A stretch of 64,000 bases of DNA from an uncultured Pseudomonadota bacterium (lineage in GTDB: Bacteria; Oederibacteriota; Muellerivitia; Muellerivitales; Muellerivitaceae). The notes beneath the pieces were generated by a model, which was not told the origin of the DNA, did not search any database, and worked only from the letters and a program-made list of their open reading frames with translations. Both the position numbers and the translations under genes were made by a program. Positions within the stretch are counted from its first letter, which is position 1; every line of letters starts with the position of its first letter. Positions 20,248 through 30,553 of this stretch are shown piece after piece. The DNA lies in the NCBI GenBank assembly GCA_963843375.1, contig CAWJKT010000006.1:309047-373046 (forward strand). Reading direction: 5' to 3'.

Positions 20248-21372
20248 TTACTTCGAAAGTGCCGGTTCCGGGATCGACTTTAATTCCTTATATAGTGTGT
20301 CCCGTTCCACAGGCGTCCGTCCCGCTTCCCGAATCAGCCGCCTTAATTCCTCAACCGTCATGATTTCCGGCGTTTCTGCACCGGCCATATGATAAATCTT
20401 TTCCTCAATGACCGTACCATCAATATCATCTACCCCATAGGCAAGGGAAAGCTGGGCCAGCCGAACACCTAGCATGATCCAATAGGCTTTGATATGAGGG
20501 AAATTATCCAAGTAAATACGGCCAATCGCCAAAGTTTTCAGGTCTTCCATGCCGCTGGGCCTGGCGAAATGGTCCATGGCCGTATTGTCGGGGTGAAAAG
20601 CCAGAGGAATAAAGGTTTGGAACCCTCCGGTTTCGTCCTGCAATGCCCTCAAACGGCGCATATGATCAACCCGGTGCTCGTATTTCTCAATGTGACCGTA
20701 AAGCATGGTCGCGTTGGTTTTTAGACCTAATTTGTGGGCGGTACGATGGACTTCAAGCCATTGGTCGGCGGTGGCCTTGCCAGGGCAAATCTTCTCCCTC
20801 ACATCGGGATGGAATATTTCAGCTCCTCCTCCCGGCATGGAATCCAGCCCCCCGGCTTTCAAACGGGTCAAGACTTCTTCATAAGTCATGTTGTATTTGT
20901 CGGCAAAAAAATTGATTTCCACCCCCGTAAAACATTTGAGGTGGACCGAAGGGACGGTTTGTTTGAGAAGCCGAAGCATCTGTTCATACCATTCAAACTC
21001 ATACGTCGGGTGGAGCCCCCCGACAATATGAAGCTCGGTGATATGGGCCTGCTCAAAAGCTTCCTTGGCTTTTTGGGCTATTTGCTGGTGGGTGAACTCA
21101 TAGGCACCTTGTTCCCCCTCGAAACGGGAGAAAGCGCAAAACTTGCAGGTGGTGGCGCAGACGTTGGTGTAATCGATATGGCGGTTGATATTGTAATAGG
21201 TGGCATTGCCGTTCTTCTTTTCCCGGACCAAGTTGGCCATCGCCCCAAGAACGTAAAGGTCATTCGTGTCGTAGAGACGAAGAGCATCTTCCTCCGTGAT
21301 ACGGACGTTCTTTTCGACTTTCTCATAGATATCCCGGATGGGCGACCTGGCTAAAAGCGGTTTTAAAGCCAA
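20248..21372 (-). CDS. mqnE: aminofutalosine synthase (radical SAM)
   Basis: CATTCKFCAF, ELHIVGGLHP, NATMLYGH, HIKAYW, EEKIYHMAG; probable TTG start at 21372 with an AGGAG RBS. Confidence 0.93.
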   Translation of the reverse strand: MALKPLLARSPIRDIYEKVEKNVRITEEDALRLYDTNDLYVLGAMANLVREKKNGNATYYNINRHIDYTNVCATTCKFCAFSRFEGEQGAYEFTHQQIAQKAKEAFEQAHITELHIVGGLHPTYEFEWYEQMLRLLKQTVPSVHLKCFTGVEINFFADKYNMTYEEVLTRLKAGGLDSMPGGGAEIFHPDVREKICPGKATADQWLEVHRTAHKLGLKTNATMLYGHIEKYEHRVDHMRRLRALQDETGGFQTFIPLAFHPDNTAMDHFARPSGMEDLKTLAIGRIYLDNFPHIKAYWIMLGVRLAQLSLAYGVDDIDGTVIEEKIYHMAGAETPEIMTVEELRRLIREAGRTPVERDTLYKELKSIPEPALSK

Positions 21373-22232
21373 AGTGTGACTCCTACGACGGCGAAATAAA
21401 GGATTGAGATCCAACCGTTCATTTTCATCATGGCCGGGGAAAGGGTGAAATGGGTCTGGTCCCCGCGGATTTCCAATTGATAAGCTTTTTGGTGTTGATA
21501 AAGCAAAACCGCTCCAATTACACCGATACCTGCGTAATAAAGAAGGGGGAAACCCACCTGGACCCCGAAACCAGCGAGAAATCCTAGCATACAGACATGA
21601 AAGAATCGAGAGGCCTTGAGGCTATTGGGCAAACCCCAGCGCACGACCCAGGACTGTAACCCTTCCCTTTTGTCAAAAACCTCATCCTGCGTGGCGTACA
21701 AAATATCAAAACCCGCCAGAAAGCATATGACGGCCATCATCAACCAAAAAGGTTCCGGAGCGAAGGCGCCCGTAACCGCGATCCAAGCCCCGACAGGGGC
21801 TACTCCCAAGGCCAGACCCAGAAAAAGGTGGGAAGTCCAAGTGAATCGTTTGGTGTGGGAATAAAACAAAATGATGGCCAAAGCAATAGGCGAGAGTTTG
21901 AAAGCCAAAGAATTCAAAGGATAACAAGCCATCACAAAACCAAATGCGCAGACAATTGTCAAAATTCCAACCTGCCAAGCTTTAATGCGTCCCGCGGGGA
22001 TATCCCGTTTTTGGGTTCGGGGATTTTTGGCGTCTATATCCGCGTCCACTAAACGGTTATAAGCCATGGCCGTCGTTCGGGCCAAAATCATGCAAATAAT
22101 CACCCAAAGCAGGACGTGCGGGGAAGGCTTGCCATGAGTGGCCGTCATCAAGCTCGCCAAGGCAAAAGGCAAGGCAAACACCGAGTGAGGCAAAACAACA
22201 AGGTTGGAAATGACTTTTAGTTTGCTCAACAT
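21363..22232 (-). CDS. ubiA: UbiA-family polyprenyltransferase (MqnP-like)
   Basis: HSVFALPF, NRLVDADIDAKNPRT, YSHTKRFT, GFDILYATQD; probable ATG at 22232. Confidence 0.92.
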   Translation of the reverse strand: MLSKLKVISNLVVLPHSVFALPFALASLMTATHGKPSPHVLLWVIICMILARTTAMAYNRLVDADIDAKNPRTQKRDIPAGRIKAWQVGILTIVCAFGFVMACYPLNSLAFKLSPIALAIILFYSHTKRFTWTSHLFLGLALGVAPVGAWIAVTGAFAPEPFWLMMAVICFLAGFDILYATQDEVFDKREGLQSWVVRWGLPNSLKASRFFHVCMLGFLAGFGVQVGFPLLYYAGIGVIGAVLLYQHQKAYQLEIRGDQTHFTLSPAMMKMNGWISILYFAVVGVTLWL

Positions 22233-22236
22233 AAAC

Positions 22237-22794
22237 TTATCGTACGGACGCCCCTTGCTGGCCCAAAACAGTCGGAATCGCCGTGGCGGAAGGGACCGAA
22301 GGTGAAGGCATTGTTTCCAAGGAATCAGTGGTTGCTGCGGTTGTAAATTCAAAGTGCTCGTTAGGCAGAGCCATCGCGTTCTGCGCGTCCATATGAAGTA
22401 TATTCAAGACATAGTCCCGTTTTCCCGAAATATGTGCACTCGTATGGTCCTTGATTCGTCCCTCCACCACGATCACATCACCCCGCTTGGGGATAGGACG
22501 CAAAAAATTATAAAGCTGGTTTATTTTGAGGAAAACAAAGTAGTGATCCTTGGGTTTGGAGGTCAACCCCGCCACCAATGTTTCACGAACCCTGTAAGCT
22601 CCCTCTCGGGGTTTCAAGTCGTAATATATATATAACTTCCAAACTTCATGATTCATGGGATCCGGAGTTTCGGTCCGCCAAAAACCATTATATTCCTGGA
22701 CAGCCTGATCCAAAGGCTCGGGTTTTAAATCGTCATCAGCCCAAGTTGGAAGAGCCAAAAAAAGTAAACCAAAGGCGGTTAATATTTTCTTCAA
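22237..22794 (-). CDS. secreted hypothetical protein
   Basis: Signal peptide (MKKILTAFGLLFLALPTWA); OB-fold-like PKRGDVIVVEGRI; Ser/Thr/Pro-rich tail. Confidence 0.6.
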   Translation of the reverse strand: MKKILTAFGLLFLALPTWADDDLKPEPLDQAVQEYNGFWRTETPDPMNHEVWKLYIYYDLKPREGAYRVRETLVAGLTSKPKDHYFVFLKINQLYNFLRPIPKRGDVIVVEGRIKDHTSAHISGKRDYVLNILHMDAQNAMALPNEHFEFTTAATTDSLETMPSPSVPSATAIPTVLGQQGASVR

Positions 22795-22809
22795 GCTAAA
22801 TCCTTCAAA

Positions 22810-23388
22810 TTAAACCTCAAAATACTTCTCGTTTTTTCCGGCTTCTTCCCGCCAACGCTTGGAAACCTCAGTTTGGATACCGGCATGATCGTAAACCCGC
22901 GCGATGACCGTATCCACTACTTCTTCGATCGTCTTCGGATTCCCATAAAAGCTTGGAGTGGCTGGAATGAGATGGGCTCCAGCCAAGGTAAGAAGTTCCA
23001 TATTTTTAATTTGGATAAGGGAAAGGGGCGTTTCTCGGGGGACCAGGATCAACTTTCGACGTTCCTTCAAGAAAACTTCCCCCGACCGGGTAATGAGGTT
23101 ATCCGCGATCCCGTGAGCCAGTTTGCCAAGGGTGGTCGTGGAACAAGGAATAACGACCATGGCTTCGAACCTGTTGGAACCGCTGGCGGAAGGGGCAGTC
23201 AAATCTTTCTCGTCCCATTCTTTTACGTGTGGAGGCAGGTTAAGCCCACCCTCGTAAGAAGCCACCACCCGCGCGGATTCAGAAACCACCGCGTGGACCT
23301 CCCAATCGTCATGAGGGAAATGCTGGAAAAACCTTCGGGCGTAAATGGTTCCGGAAGCTCCCGTTATAGCGACCAGTATCTTTTTCAT
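22810..23388 (-). CDS. ubiX: flavin prenyltransferase
   Basis: ITGASG, ASGS, PCS, LKERRKLILVPRETP, PSFY. Confidence 0.95.
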   Translation of the reverse strand: MKKILVAITGASGTIYARRFFQHFPHDDWEVHAVVSESARVVASYEGGLNLPPHVKEWDEKDLTAPSASGSNRFEAMVVIPCSTTTLGKLAHGIADNLITRSGEVFLKERRKLILVPRETPLSLIQIKNMELLTLAGAHLIPATPSFYGNPKTIEEVVDTVIARVYDHAGIQTEVSKRWREEAGKNEKYFEV

Positions 23389-23395
23389 GAAATCC

Positions 23396-24085
23396 CTACT
23401 TTCGAACGCCCATTACGCTAACAGCCACGCCCATGGTTTTGCTTTCGGTGGATATATCCTTGAACCCGCATTTTTCCAGTAGTTGTTTGAATTCCCCAAG
23501 AGAGGCGAAGTTCTTTGCCGATTTCTGGAGATAGTTATAGGCTTCCTTGTTGTTCGAAACCGCGCCACCCCTTATGGGTACGATGGTACCCACATAAAAG
23601 GCGTGGATCAATCGGGTCAAAAACCCGGTGGGCTTGAAAAACTCCAGGATCACGGCTTTCCCGCCAGGCCTCAAAATCCGGGCGATTTCCCTCAATCCCG
23701 CTTCCAAGGAATCCAGGTTTCGAACACCGAACCCGCAAACCACCGCGTCAAAAGCCATGTCATGGAATGGTAATTTCAAGGCATCCGCCTCTAAGAATTC
23801 AAAGCCCTGTGTTGCGCCCGTTTTTTCCTTGGCAAGCCGGAGCATGGGCTTGGCGAAATCCGCCATCACCACCTTGGCCGCCGGCAAAAGTTCTCTGACC
23901 GCCAGGGCGAAATCCCCCGTGCCTGCGCAAAGGTCCAGGACCATCTTGGGCTCGAATCCATCCTTAATCATTAGTTTCACGGAGTCCTTGCGCCATTGGA
24001 TATCTTTATTAAAAGACAACAGGTGGTTCGCCTTGTCGTAAGTTGGGGCGATTTCGGCGAACATGGATTGAATCTTTTCACTCAT
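23396..24085 (-). CDS. menG: demethylmenaquinone methyltransferase
   Basis: MFAEIAPTYDKANHLLSF, LDLCAGTGD, FGVRN, LRPGG, ILEF. Confidence 0.92.
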   Translation of the reverse strand: MSEKIQSMFAEIAPTYDKANHLLSFNKDIQWRKDSVKLMIKDGFEPKMVLDLCAGTGDFALAVRELLPAAKVVMADFAKPMLRLAKEKTGATQGFEFLEADALKLPFHDMAFDAVVCGFGVRNLDSLEAGLREIARILRPGGKAVILEFFKPTGFLTRLIHAFYVGTIVPIRGGAVSNNKEAYNYLQKSAKNFASLGEFKQLLEKCGFKDISTESKTMGVAVSVMGVRK

Positions 24086-24154
24086 GGAAATGGGTCCTTG
24101 GAAACATGATTAAGCTCACGCGGAACAGCTTTTATAACCAATTTTCCTGTAAAT

Positions 24155-24194
24155 AAAAAGGCCTATGCTATCAGGGGATAACATAGGCCTTTTT
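24155..24194. terminator. bidirectional intrinsic terminator
   Basis: AAAAAGGCCTATG...CATAGGCCTTTTT. Confidence 0.8.
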
Positions 24195-24227
24195 ATTTAT
24201 TGTTTTTGAACTTTTAAAAAAGAACGG

Positions 24228-24581
24228 CTAGTCGAGAACTGCCGCCTCTTCTGACATTCTGCCTTCCACGGGATAGCCCGATTCCATCCAAGATTGTACC
24301 CCGCCAGGAAAATCATCCGCGTCAAACCCATTCTCCTTCAAAATCCGGGCGGCCTCGGGTCCCTTGTGGCAGTTGAGGTTGGCGCAATAAGTGACGAAAA
24401 ACTTGTCGCGCCCGTATTCGTCTTCCACCCTCTTCACAAATGCTTGGTGGTCGTCTTCCAAGGGAATATTAAAGGATCCTTTGATGTGAAGCTTCTCATA
24501 ATCCTCCTCCGGAAGAACGTTCAAAACCACCACATCCTCTTCCTTCATTTCTTGGAACACTTCTTCTTTACTCATCGCCAT
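24228..24581 (-). CDS. single-domain rhodanese
   Basis: HIKGSFNIP, VTYCANLNC, PGGVQSW...GYPVE. Confidence 0.88.
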   Translation of the reverse strand: MAMSKEEVFQEMKEEDVVVLNVLPEEDYEKLHIKGSFNIPLEDDHQAFVKRVEDEYGRDKFFVTYCANLNCHKGPEAARILKENGFDADDFPGGVQSWMESGYPVEGRMSEEAAVLD

Positions 24582-24724
24582 AACGCACCTCCTTGTTCAT
24601 TAAAACTTTTGGGTTTGAGTTTAGGCGGGGGGAAAAGAAATCATGGAAAAATAAACGAAAATCTAGGTAACATCAGGGAAAGCGATTCAAGAACCAATGG
24701 TCCTTAAAACAATTTCAAAGAGAA

Positions 24725-26173
24725 TTAGATCAAACCATTTTTCTTGAGAATTGGCATGATTTTATCCTCAACTTGAGGATCCATCACCAATTCTTCCGGC
24801 CACTCGCGGTTGAACCCTTCCTCTTTCCACTTCTTCGTAGCGTCAATGCCCATCTTGCCGCCCCAACCCCACATGGGAGAGGTATGGTCCAGCACATCCA
24901 GGGGGCCTTCGGTAATCATCACATCCCTCTTGGCGTCCATGCAGTTCCCCACCCGCCATAAAACCTGGCGGTAATCATGGACATTCGTATCCTTGTCCAC
25001 GACCAGAAGGATTTTATTGAGCATCATTTGCCCCAATCCCCAAAAGGCGAACATCACCTTACGCGCGTGTTGGGGGTATTGCTTGTCGATGGAAACGATC
25101 GCTAGGTTGTGAAAGATGCCGTCCACTGGCAGGTCCATATCCACGATTTCGGGCAGTACCTTTTGCATCAGCGGCAAAAACAACCGCTCGGTGGCTTTGC
25201 CCAGATAACCGTCTTCCATTGGCGGCTTGCCAACGATAGTGGTGGGATAGATGGGATTTTTCCGGTGGGTAATGCAGGTCACATGAAATACCGGGTATTG
25301 ATCCGCCAGACTGTAATAACCCGTGTGATCGCCGAAAGGCCCTTCCAGGCGCCGCTCACTTGCTTCAACATAGCCTTCCAGCACGAAATCCGCGTCCGAA
25401 TGCACCATTAAATCCACGGTCTTGCACTTCACCAGTTCCACGGGCTTTTTGCGAAGGAATCCCGCGAACAACAGTTCGTCGATACCTTCCGGCAGGGGGG
25501 CAGTGGCCGAATAGGTCAGCGCGGGATCTCCACCCAGCGCCACTGCCACCTCCAGGCGCTTCCCCATTTTCTCAGCCTTGCGGTGGTGACCCGCGCCGCC
25601 ATGGTGTACCTGCCAATGCATCCCGGTCGTATTACGGTCATAAACTTGCATCCGGTACATGCCGATATTGCGAATGCCCGTTTCCGGGTCCTGCGTATAA
25701 ACCAAGGGGAATGTGATGAATCGGCCCCCGTCTCCGGGCCAGCATTTCAGGACGGGCAGTGTGGTTAAATCGGGATTGGTTTCCACGACTTCCTGGCAAG
25801 GACCCTTTGTGACTTCAGTGGGCGGGAATTTGGCGATGTCGGCCAGTTTGGGAAGGAACTTCAGCTTTTCCACGAAACCCTTTGGCGGTTTCAACTCCAG
25901 CAGTTCCTTGATGGAGGTCGCGTGCTCTTCCAGGTTTTCAACTCCCAACGCCCAACTCATACGCTGGTACGAACCGAACGCGTTGATCAAAAGCGGATAG
26001 GCGCTTCCCGTGGGCTTTTCGAAAAGAAGCGCCTTGCCCCCTTGGGGGGATTTGGAAACCATGTCAGCCATAGCAGTGATTTCCAAAACCGGGTTGACTT
26101 CGTCCTTGATCCGGACTAGTTCGCCTTTCTTTTCAAGGAAATCGACAAATTCGCTGAGGGAAGAGTAGGCCAT
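24725..26173 (-). CDS. ubiD: UbiD-family menaquinone biosynthesis decarboxylase (MqnL-like)
   Basis: RNIGMYR, EGPFGDHTGYY, GKPPMED, GKMGIDAT. Confidence 0.95.
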   Translation of the reverse strand: MAYSSLSEFVDFLEKKGELVRIKDEVNPVLEITAMADMVSKSPQGGKALLFEKPTGSAYPLLINAFGSYQRMSWALGVENLEEHATSIKELLELKPPKGFVEKLKFLPKLADIAKFPPTEVTKGPCQEVVETNPDLTTLPVLKCWPGDGGRFITFPLVYTQDPETGIRNIGMYRMQVYDRNTTGMHWQVHHGGAGHHRKAEKMGKRLEVAVALGGDPALTYSATAPLPEGIDELLFAGFLRKKPVELVKCKTVDLMVHSDADFVLEGYVEASERRLEGPFGDHTGYYSLADQYPVFHVTCITHRKNPIYPTTIVGKPPMEDGYLGKATERLFLPLMQKVLPEIVDMDLPVDGIFHNLAIVSIDKQYPQHARKVMFAFWGLGQMMLNKILLVVDKDTNVHDYRQVLWRVGNCMDAKRDVMITEGPLDVLDHTSPMWGWGGKMGIDATKKWKEEGFNREWPEELVMDPQVEDKIMPILKKNGLI

Positions 26174-26206
26174 GGGTTTCCTTTATCGGTTTGAAAGCGG
26201 GGTATT

Positions 26207-26803
26207 CTACGTCCGCAAGCTGGCCGCTTCAAAGTCCCTTTTTAATTGCCGGCTGACAAGAAAAGCTCCGGCCACCACCAAAAGTCCCCCGATAGCGGGG
26301 GCCCAAAGCCATTTCAAGGCCGGCTGGAAAAACAGGTTAAATCCGGCCATATAGCTAACGGCCCATCCAACGGTCATGAGGAAGCGGGCCGAACGTTCCC
26401 CCCAATTCGATGCCATCCAGCCGGTTGCATATCCCGCCATGGAAAAACCCACGCCAAAAAGGTGCAGGTCTGAGCTGTGTTTGATGAACATCTCGGCCTT
26501 ATCCCCCATATTCACCATCATGGCCAGCCAATCGAAACACCAAAGAAGCAGCCAGAGGATGGCGACCAAGGCGAAACCGTGGGTAACAAACATGAAGGTC
26601 CGGTTTCCCTCCCGCAACCATTCCAGCCGGGCCGACAGGAGCATGATTCCACAGAGTCCCGCGTACCCAAACAGAATGGCGAGGCTATACCAGGTGGAAG
26701 GATTTTGCCGAAGGGAGCCCGCCAAGGGTTCCTCGAAAAAGACCCCCAGGGACAATAAGACTCCCAGGGATCCCAGCCGGTAAAGGATCGGGCCGGGTCT
26801 CAT
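26207..26803 (-). CDS. membrane hypothetical protein
   Basis: About six hydrophobic segments; RBS GGAGGA upstream. Confidence 0.6.
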   Translation of the reverse strand: MRPGPILYRLGSLGVLLSLGVFFEEPLAGSLRQNPSTWYSLAILFGYAGLCGIMLLSARLEWLREGNRTFMFVTHGFALVAILWLLLWCFDWLAMMVNMGDKAEMFIKHSSDLHLFGVGFSMAGYATGWMASNWGERSARFLMTVGWAVSYMAGFNLFFQPALKWLWAPAIGGLLVVAGAFLVSRQLKRDFEAASLRT

Positions 26804-26830
26804 TCTTCCTCCGTTTTCGGCCGGTGTTTT

Positions 26831-27595
26831 TTAATGGGCGCGAAACACCTTGGGATAAAAAACTTTCACCATGAAAAGGCCGCTTGGGGGCAGGGTCGGC
26901 CCCGCTTTTTTGCGATCCCTGGATTTCAATATATCGGGAATGTCCTCGGGTTTGATCTTACCGGAACCCACATAAATCAGGGTCCCGCTGAGGATGCGGA
27001 CCATTTGGTGAAGGAAAGATACCCCGATGTAATCCAGCAGGACATCTGGACCCTTTTTTTGAATCCCAATTTTCAAAAGGGTACGTTTTGGATTGGCCCG
27101 CTTTCCCAAGGCGCCCCGGAACGCGGTGAAGTCGTGGGTACCCAGTAAATATTTGGACGCTTTCTTCATGGCGAGCAGGTCCAGCGGAAGACGGAAATGA
27201 TGATAGGTATTCCGGTCGAAAACCGTGTAGTCCTGGCTGTTGCGGATGACATAGCGGTAGAGCTTGGCCTGAGCGTGGTAAGTGGCGTGAAAGACGGCGG
27301 GCACCTGCTGAGCTTTCACGATCCGGATATCGTGGGGCAGTAGCTGGTTCAAAACCCGGGCGATACGTTCCACAGTCATTGGTGAAACGGTGTGGAAATT
27401 GGCGGTCTGACCCAAGGCATGCACACCCGCATCGGTTCGGCCCGCCACCAAAAGATCCACGGGATGACCGCAAATAAGTTTCAGTCGGTCTTCCAAGGTT
27501 CCCTGTAAAGTCGGGGATTGGGGCTGTTTTTGCCAACCCGAATAGCCGGTGCCGTCATATTCCACGGTCAACCGGATGTTGCGGGATTCCATCAT
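26831..27595 (-). CDS. truA: tRNA pseudouridine(38-40) synthase
   Basis: YDGTGYSGWQ, AGRTDAGVHALGQ, GTHDFTAF, FLHQMVR. Confidence 0.96.
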   Translation of the reverse strand: MMESRNIRLTVEYDGTGYSGWQKQPQSPTLQGTLEDRLKLICGHPVDLLVAGRTDAGVHALGQTANFHTVSPMTVERIARVLNQLLPHDIRIVKAQQVPAVFHATYHAQAKLYRYVIRNSQDYTVFDRNTYHHFRLPLDLLAMKKASKYLLGTHDFTAFRGALGKRANPKRTLLKIGIQKKGPDVLLDYIGVSFLHQMVRILSGTLIYVGSGKIKPEDIPDILKSRDRKKAGPTLPPSGLFMVKVFYPKVFRAH

Positions 27596-29902
27596 TTAAT
27601 GGTGAATGGGGTTCGGCACCTCGCGCGCCTGTTCAGCCTTGTTGAGGAGCGCGAGTCCATCGATGGCTTCCTTTTGCTGGGGATTAAGGGTGAGGGCCTG
27701 GTGGTAAGCGGCATCGGCGTTGGTATAGTCGCTCATCAATCGGAAAGCGTCGCCCATGCGCGCTAAAACATAAGGGTTGCGAGGTTCCCGTTTCAGGGTT
27801 TCCTGGTAATTGTTGATGGCCGCAGGGAAATCATTCATTGCCAGATAGCTTTCGCCCAGCATCATATAAATTCGCACGAGCGTTTGGGGTTGGCGATAAT
27901 TCAAAGCGTTATTAAAACCCCAGATGGCTAGGTCCGGCATTTTGTTCATGTAAGCGTAATAGCCGGTAAAATCGAACCCGATGCCGTAAGAGTCCTTCAT
28001 AACGTCCGTATACTCGTCCCAATAACCCCGAGTGGGGTCTTCCATGTCCCGCAATCGGTAAGTGCTCCAGAGCAGGTTGATCCGGGCGGAAGTTAAAGGA
28101 TAATTCAGGTCTTTCGTGTTAATCATCCTCCATAAGAAGCCCTCGGGAAGGGACGGATTCTTGTCCCTCATCCATGGAGCCGTAAAAATATTGGTGAAAT
28201 AAAAGGAGCGGTCCTTGGCGTGCTGCTCGATCATGTCCTGAACAACCGTCTCGGGTCTTATGTCTTCCCGCCCATAGGCGTCGACCCGCATGGGAACCTC
28301 CAGGAAAGGCCAGCGCTTAAATAACGGGTTTCGGTACCAATCGTAGGGAATGAGTTGCATGGTAAAGCTGACCACCTCGGGCCTTTTTCCTTCCACGTAC
28401 TGCAGGTACCATAGGGGAAGAATGTCGATATCGCCGTTACATAGAATGACCGCGTCCCGGTTGACGGTTTTGAGCATATTGATGCCCTCGTCATAAGAAC
28501 TGATATAGCGGCTTTGGTCGTTTCCTTGGTAAACCGCCTGGCCGTCGACTATCTTGTCCTTGGCGGTATAGTTCAACATCAAAGGCATCAAGGCGAACCC
28601 CAAACAAAAAGCGGTGGTATATAAAGGAACAACCCGGGAAGGCCATTCCTTGGCAACCCACTCGCAAATACCCGCCACACCGGCGGCGGCGAAAATCGCG
28701 AAGGTGAGGTAAACGGGCGAGAAAAAGTTATCAATCGTCCATTGATAGCCCTCCAGGGGGTTGTTGAAAAGAACGATGCCGGCGAAAACCCCGCCCCCGA
28801 ATAAGGCGAAACCGACGGCCGTGGACCATTGTTTGCGTTTCCAAAGCCAGACGAATCCCCAAATCATCAGAAAAAAAACAAGAAAGGTAAATACTTCCCC
28901 AAACTCGTGGTGGGCATGCAGCCAAAAACGCTTGAGATCACGGACAATGGTGTCCCAACCCCGTGCCGCGCCGACATTCTCGTAGCCCTTGCGGATAACG
29001 GTTCCCCAAAGACGATCCGCGGTGCGGGGATCCCACCAGTTCACAAGCGGGTTTTGGGTCGCCCGAATGGGCAGATACATGTAAACCGATAGGGACAATA
29101 GGCCGCAAATAAAGGCCCTTACAAAATTCAAGACACCAAACGCGGAAAGAACATTCATTAAGTTATCCCACAAATCAAAAGGCCTTAAACGAATAGTATT
29201 CTTTAAAATCGTGGGCAAGGGGACCCGCTTTTGACTGGCCAGAAAAAACCAAAGATAGGCCGGCGCCATGACCATTTGGTTGGGCCAGTGGTGGGCCAGA
29301 CTCAAACCATAAAGGAAACCCATCAACATGAGGGATTTCAGGAACCACCCGCTTTCCCTCATTTTAAAAAATAGAAAAATCATCGAGACGGAAAGCAGGG
29401 TATTGAGGGTGTAAATGCCGCCCTTGGCCCCGCAAGACTGAAACCAATGTTGATAGGAAAAAGCGAAAAGAAGCGCCCCAAAGAGGGAGGGCACTTCCCA
29501 AAGCCAGGATCCATTTTTGTTCTCTGAAGTTTCCTGCCCAGGAACCCTGGTGGAGGCTGGAACCGGGCTGTTGGTGGCCGGGGCCGCCACAGAGACCTGC
29601 AGAGAATTAGGGGAAGTGAAGATTCCTTGGAACATCATTTTCAGGAACCAATAAACCACTATCACCGATACCGTACCCGTGACCATGGAGCAAAAGGTGA
29701 CCCTTAACATCGGTTTGCCCAAAGGCAGTAGGCAATTGACCCGCCCCCAAAGGGTATGAAGGGGATAACCGGGAGAATGACTGATGGTCAAGAGGTCGCA
29801 GACCATGATGGTCTCGCCCGAGTCATTTATATTGAAGCTTGCGCAATGGGTCAGCAGATAAACTTCAAAGACGAAGAAAAAGAGAAAGACGGGAATGAGC
29901 AT
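27596..29902 (-). CDS. DUF2723/TMEM260-like GT-C membrane glycosyltransferase with C-terminal TPRs
   Basis: DSGE...HSPGYPL, LSLAHH, YLPIRA, GDIDILPLWYLQYVEGKRP; TPR tail. Confidence 0.85.
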   Translation of the reverse strand: MLIPVFLFFFVFEVYLLTHCASFNINDSGETIMVCDLLTISHSPGYPLHTLWGRVNCLLPLGKPMLRVTFCSMVTGTVSVIVVYWFLKMMFQGIFTSPNSLQVSVAAPATNSPVPASTRVPGQETSENKNGSWLWEVPSLFGALLFAFSYQHWFQSCGAKGGIYTLNTLLSVSMIFLFFKMRESGWFLKSLMLMGFLYGLSLAHHWPNQMVMAPAYLWFFLASQKRVPLPTILKNTIRLRPFDLWDNLMNVLSAFGVLNFVRAFICGLLSLSVYMYLPIRATQNPLVNWWDPRTADRLWGTVIRKGYENVGAARGWDTIVRDLKRFWLHAHHEFGEVFTFLVFFLMIWGFVWLWKRKQWSTAVGFALFGGGVFAGIVLFNNPLEGYQWTIDNFFSPVYLTFAIFAAAGVAGICEWVAKEWPSRVVPLYTTAFCLGFALMPLMLNYTAKDKIVDGQAVYQGNDQSRYISSYDEGINMLKTVNRDAVILCNGDIDILPLWYLQYVEGKRPEVVSFTMQLIPYDWYRNPLFKRWPFLEVPMRVDAYGREDIRPETVVQDMIEQHAKDRSFYFTNIFTAPWMRDKNPSLPEGFLWRMINTKDLNYPLTSARINLLWSTYRLRDMEDPTRGYWDEYTDVMKDSYGIGFDFTGYYAYMNKMPDLAIWGFNNALNYRQPQTLVRIYMMLGESYLAMNDFPAAINNYQETLKREPRNPYVLARMGDAFRLMSDYTNADAAYHQALTLNPQQKEAIDGLALLNKAEQAREVPNPIHH

Positions 29903-29925
29903 AGGTGGTGTTTTTCCTGGAAATC

Positions 29926-29962
29926 AAAAATAAGGGGCACCCAAAGGTGCCCCTGGTTTTTT
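29926..29962. terminator. intrinsic terminator after tpx
   Basis: AGGGGCACC-CAAA-GGTGCCCCT flanked by A- and T-runs. Confidence 0.75.
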
Positions 29963-29974
29963 ACACTTTTCAAT

Positions 29975-30486
29975 TTAAGCGTTGGCCTTCGCAACCGCCA
30001 AGGCTTTGTCATAGTCCGGATGGTTGGTGGCTTCCTTCACATATTCCACGTGCTTGATTTTACCATCTTTCCCCACGACAAAGAGGGCCCGGGCTTCCAA
30101 GCGGAGTTCCTTGATATGGGTTCCATAGGCGTCGCCGAAGGACATTTCCCGGTGGTCCGAAAGGGTCTGAATCTTGATGTTTTCCGCACCGCAAAAGCGG
30201 CCCTGAGCAAAAGGCAAGTCCGCCGAAATAGTCAGCACTTCCACGCTGGCGGGAAGATTAGCCGCCTCGTTATTAAACCGGTGGGTTTGAGCCGCGCAAA
30301 CGCCGGTGTCCAGGGAAGGCGCCACCGAAAGGATCAGGGTCTTTCCCTTGTAGTTGTCCAGGGTAACTTCTTGTAGGAATTGGTTAAAACTTTGAAATTC
30401 GGTGCCGTATCACCCACTTTGATATCCGGTCCGATCAGGGTCAAGGGTCCACCCTTGAAAGTAATGACGCCTTTACGCTCTTGCAT
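29975..30486 (-). CDS. tpx: thiol peroxidase (frameshift ~30375)
   Basis: MQERKGVITFKGGPLTL...VGDTAPNF joined to PSLDTGVC, SADLPFAQGRFC, HPDYDKAL. Confidence 0.93.
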
Positions 30487-30553
30487 ATGCTTCTCCTTTT
30501 TAAAAAATTTAAAACTCAAAGCCCAAATTTCCCAACCGCTCTTTACCGCTCTT

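Noticed and set aside
21373..22352. Long N-terminal extensions and overlaps on the mqnE and ubiA-like ORFs
   Set aside because: These are ORF-caller longest-start artefacts; downstream starts at 21372 and 22232 fit the operon spacing
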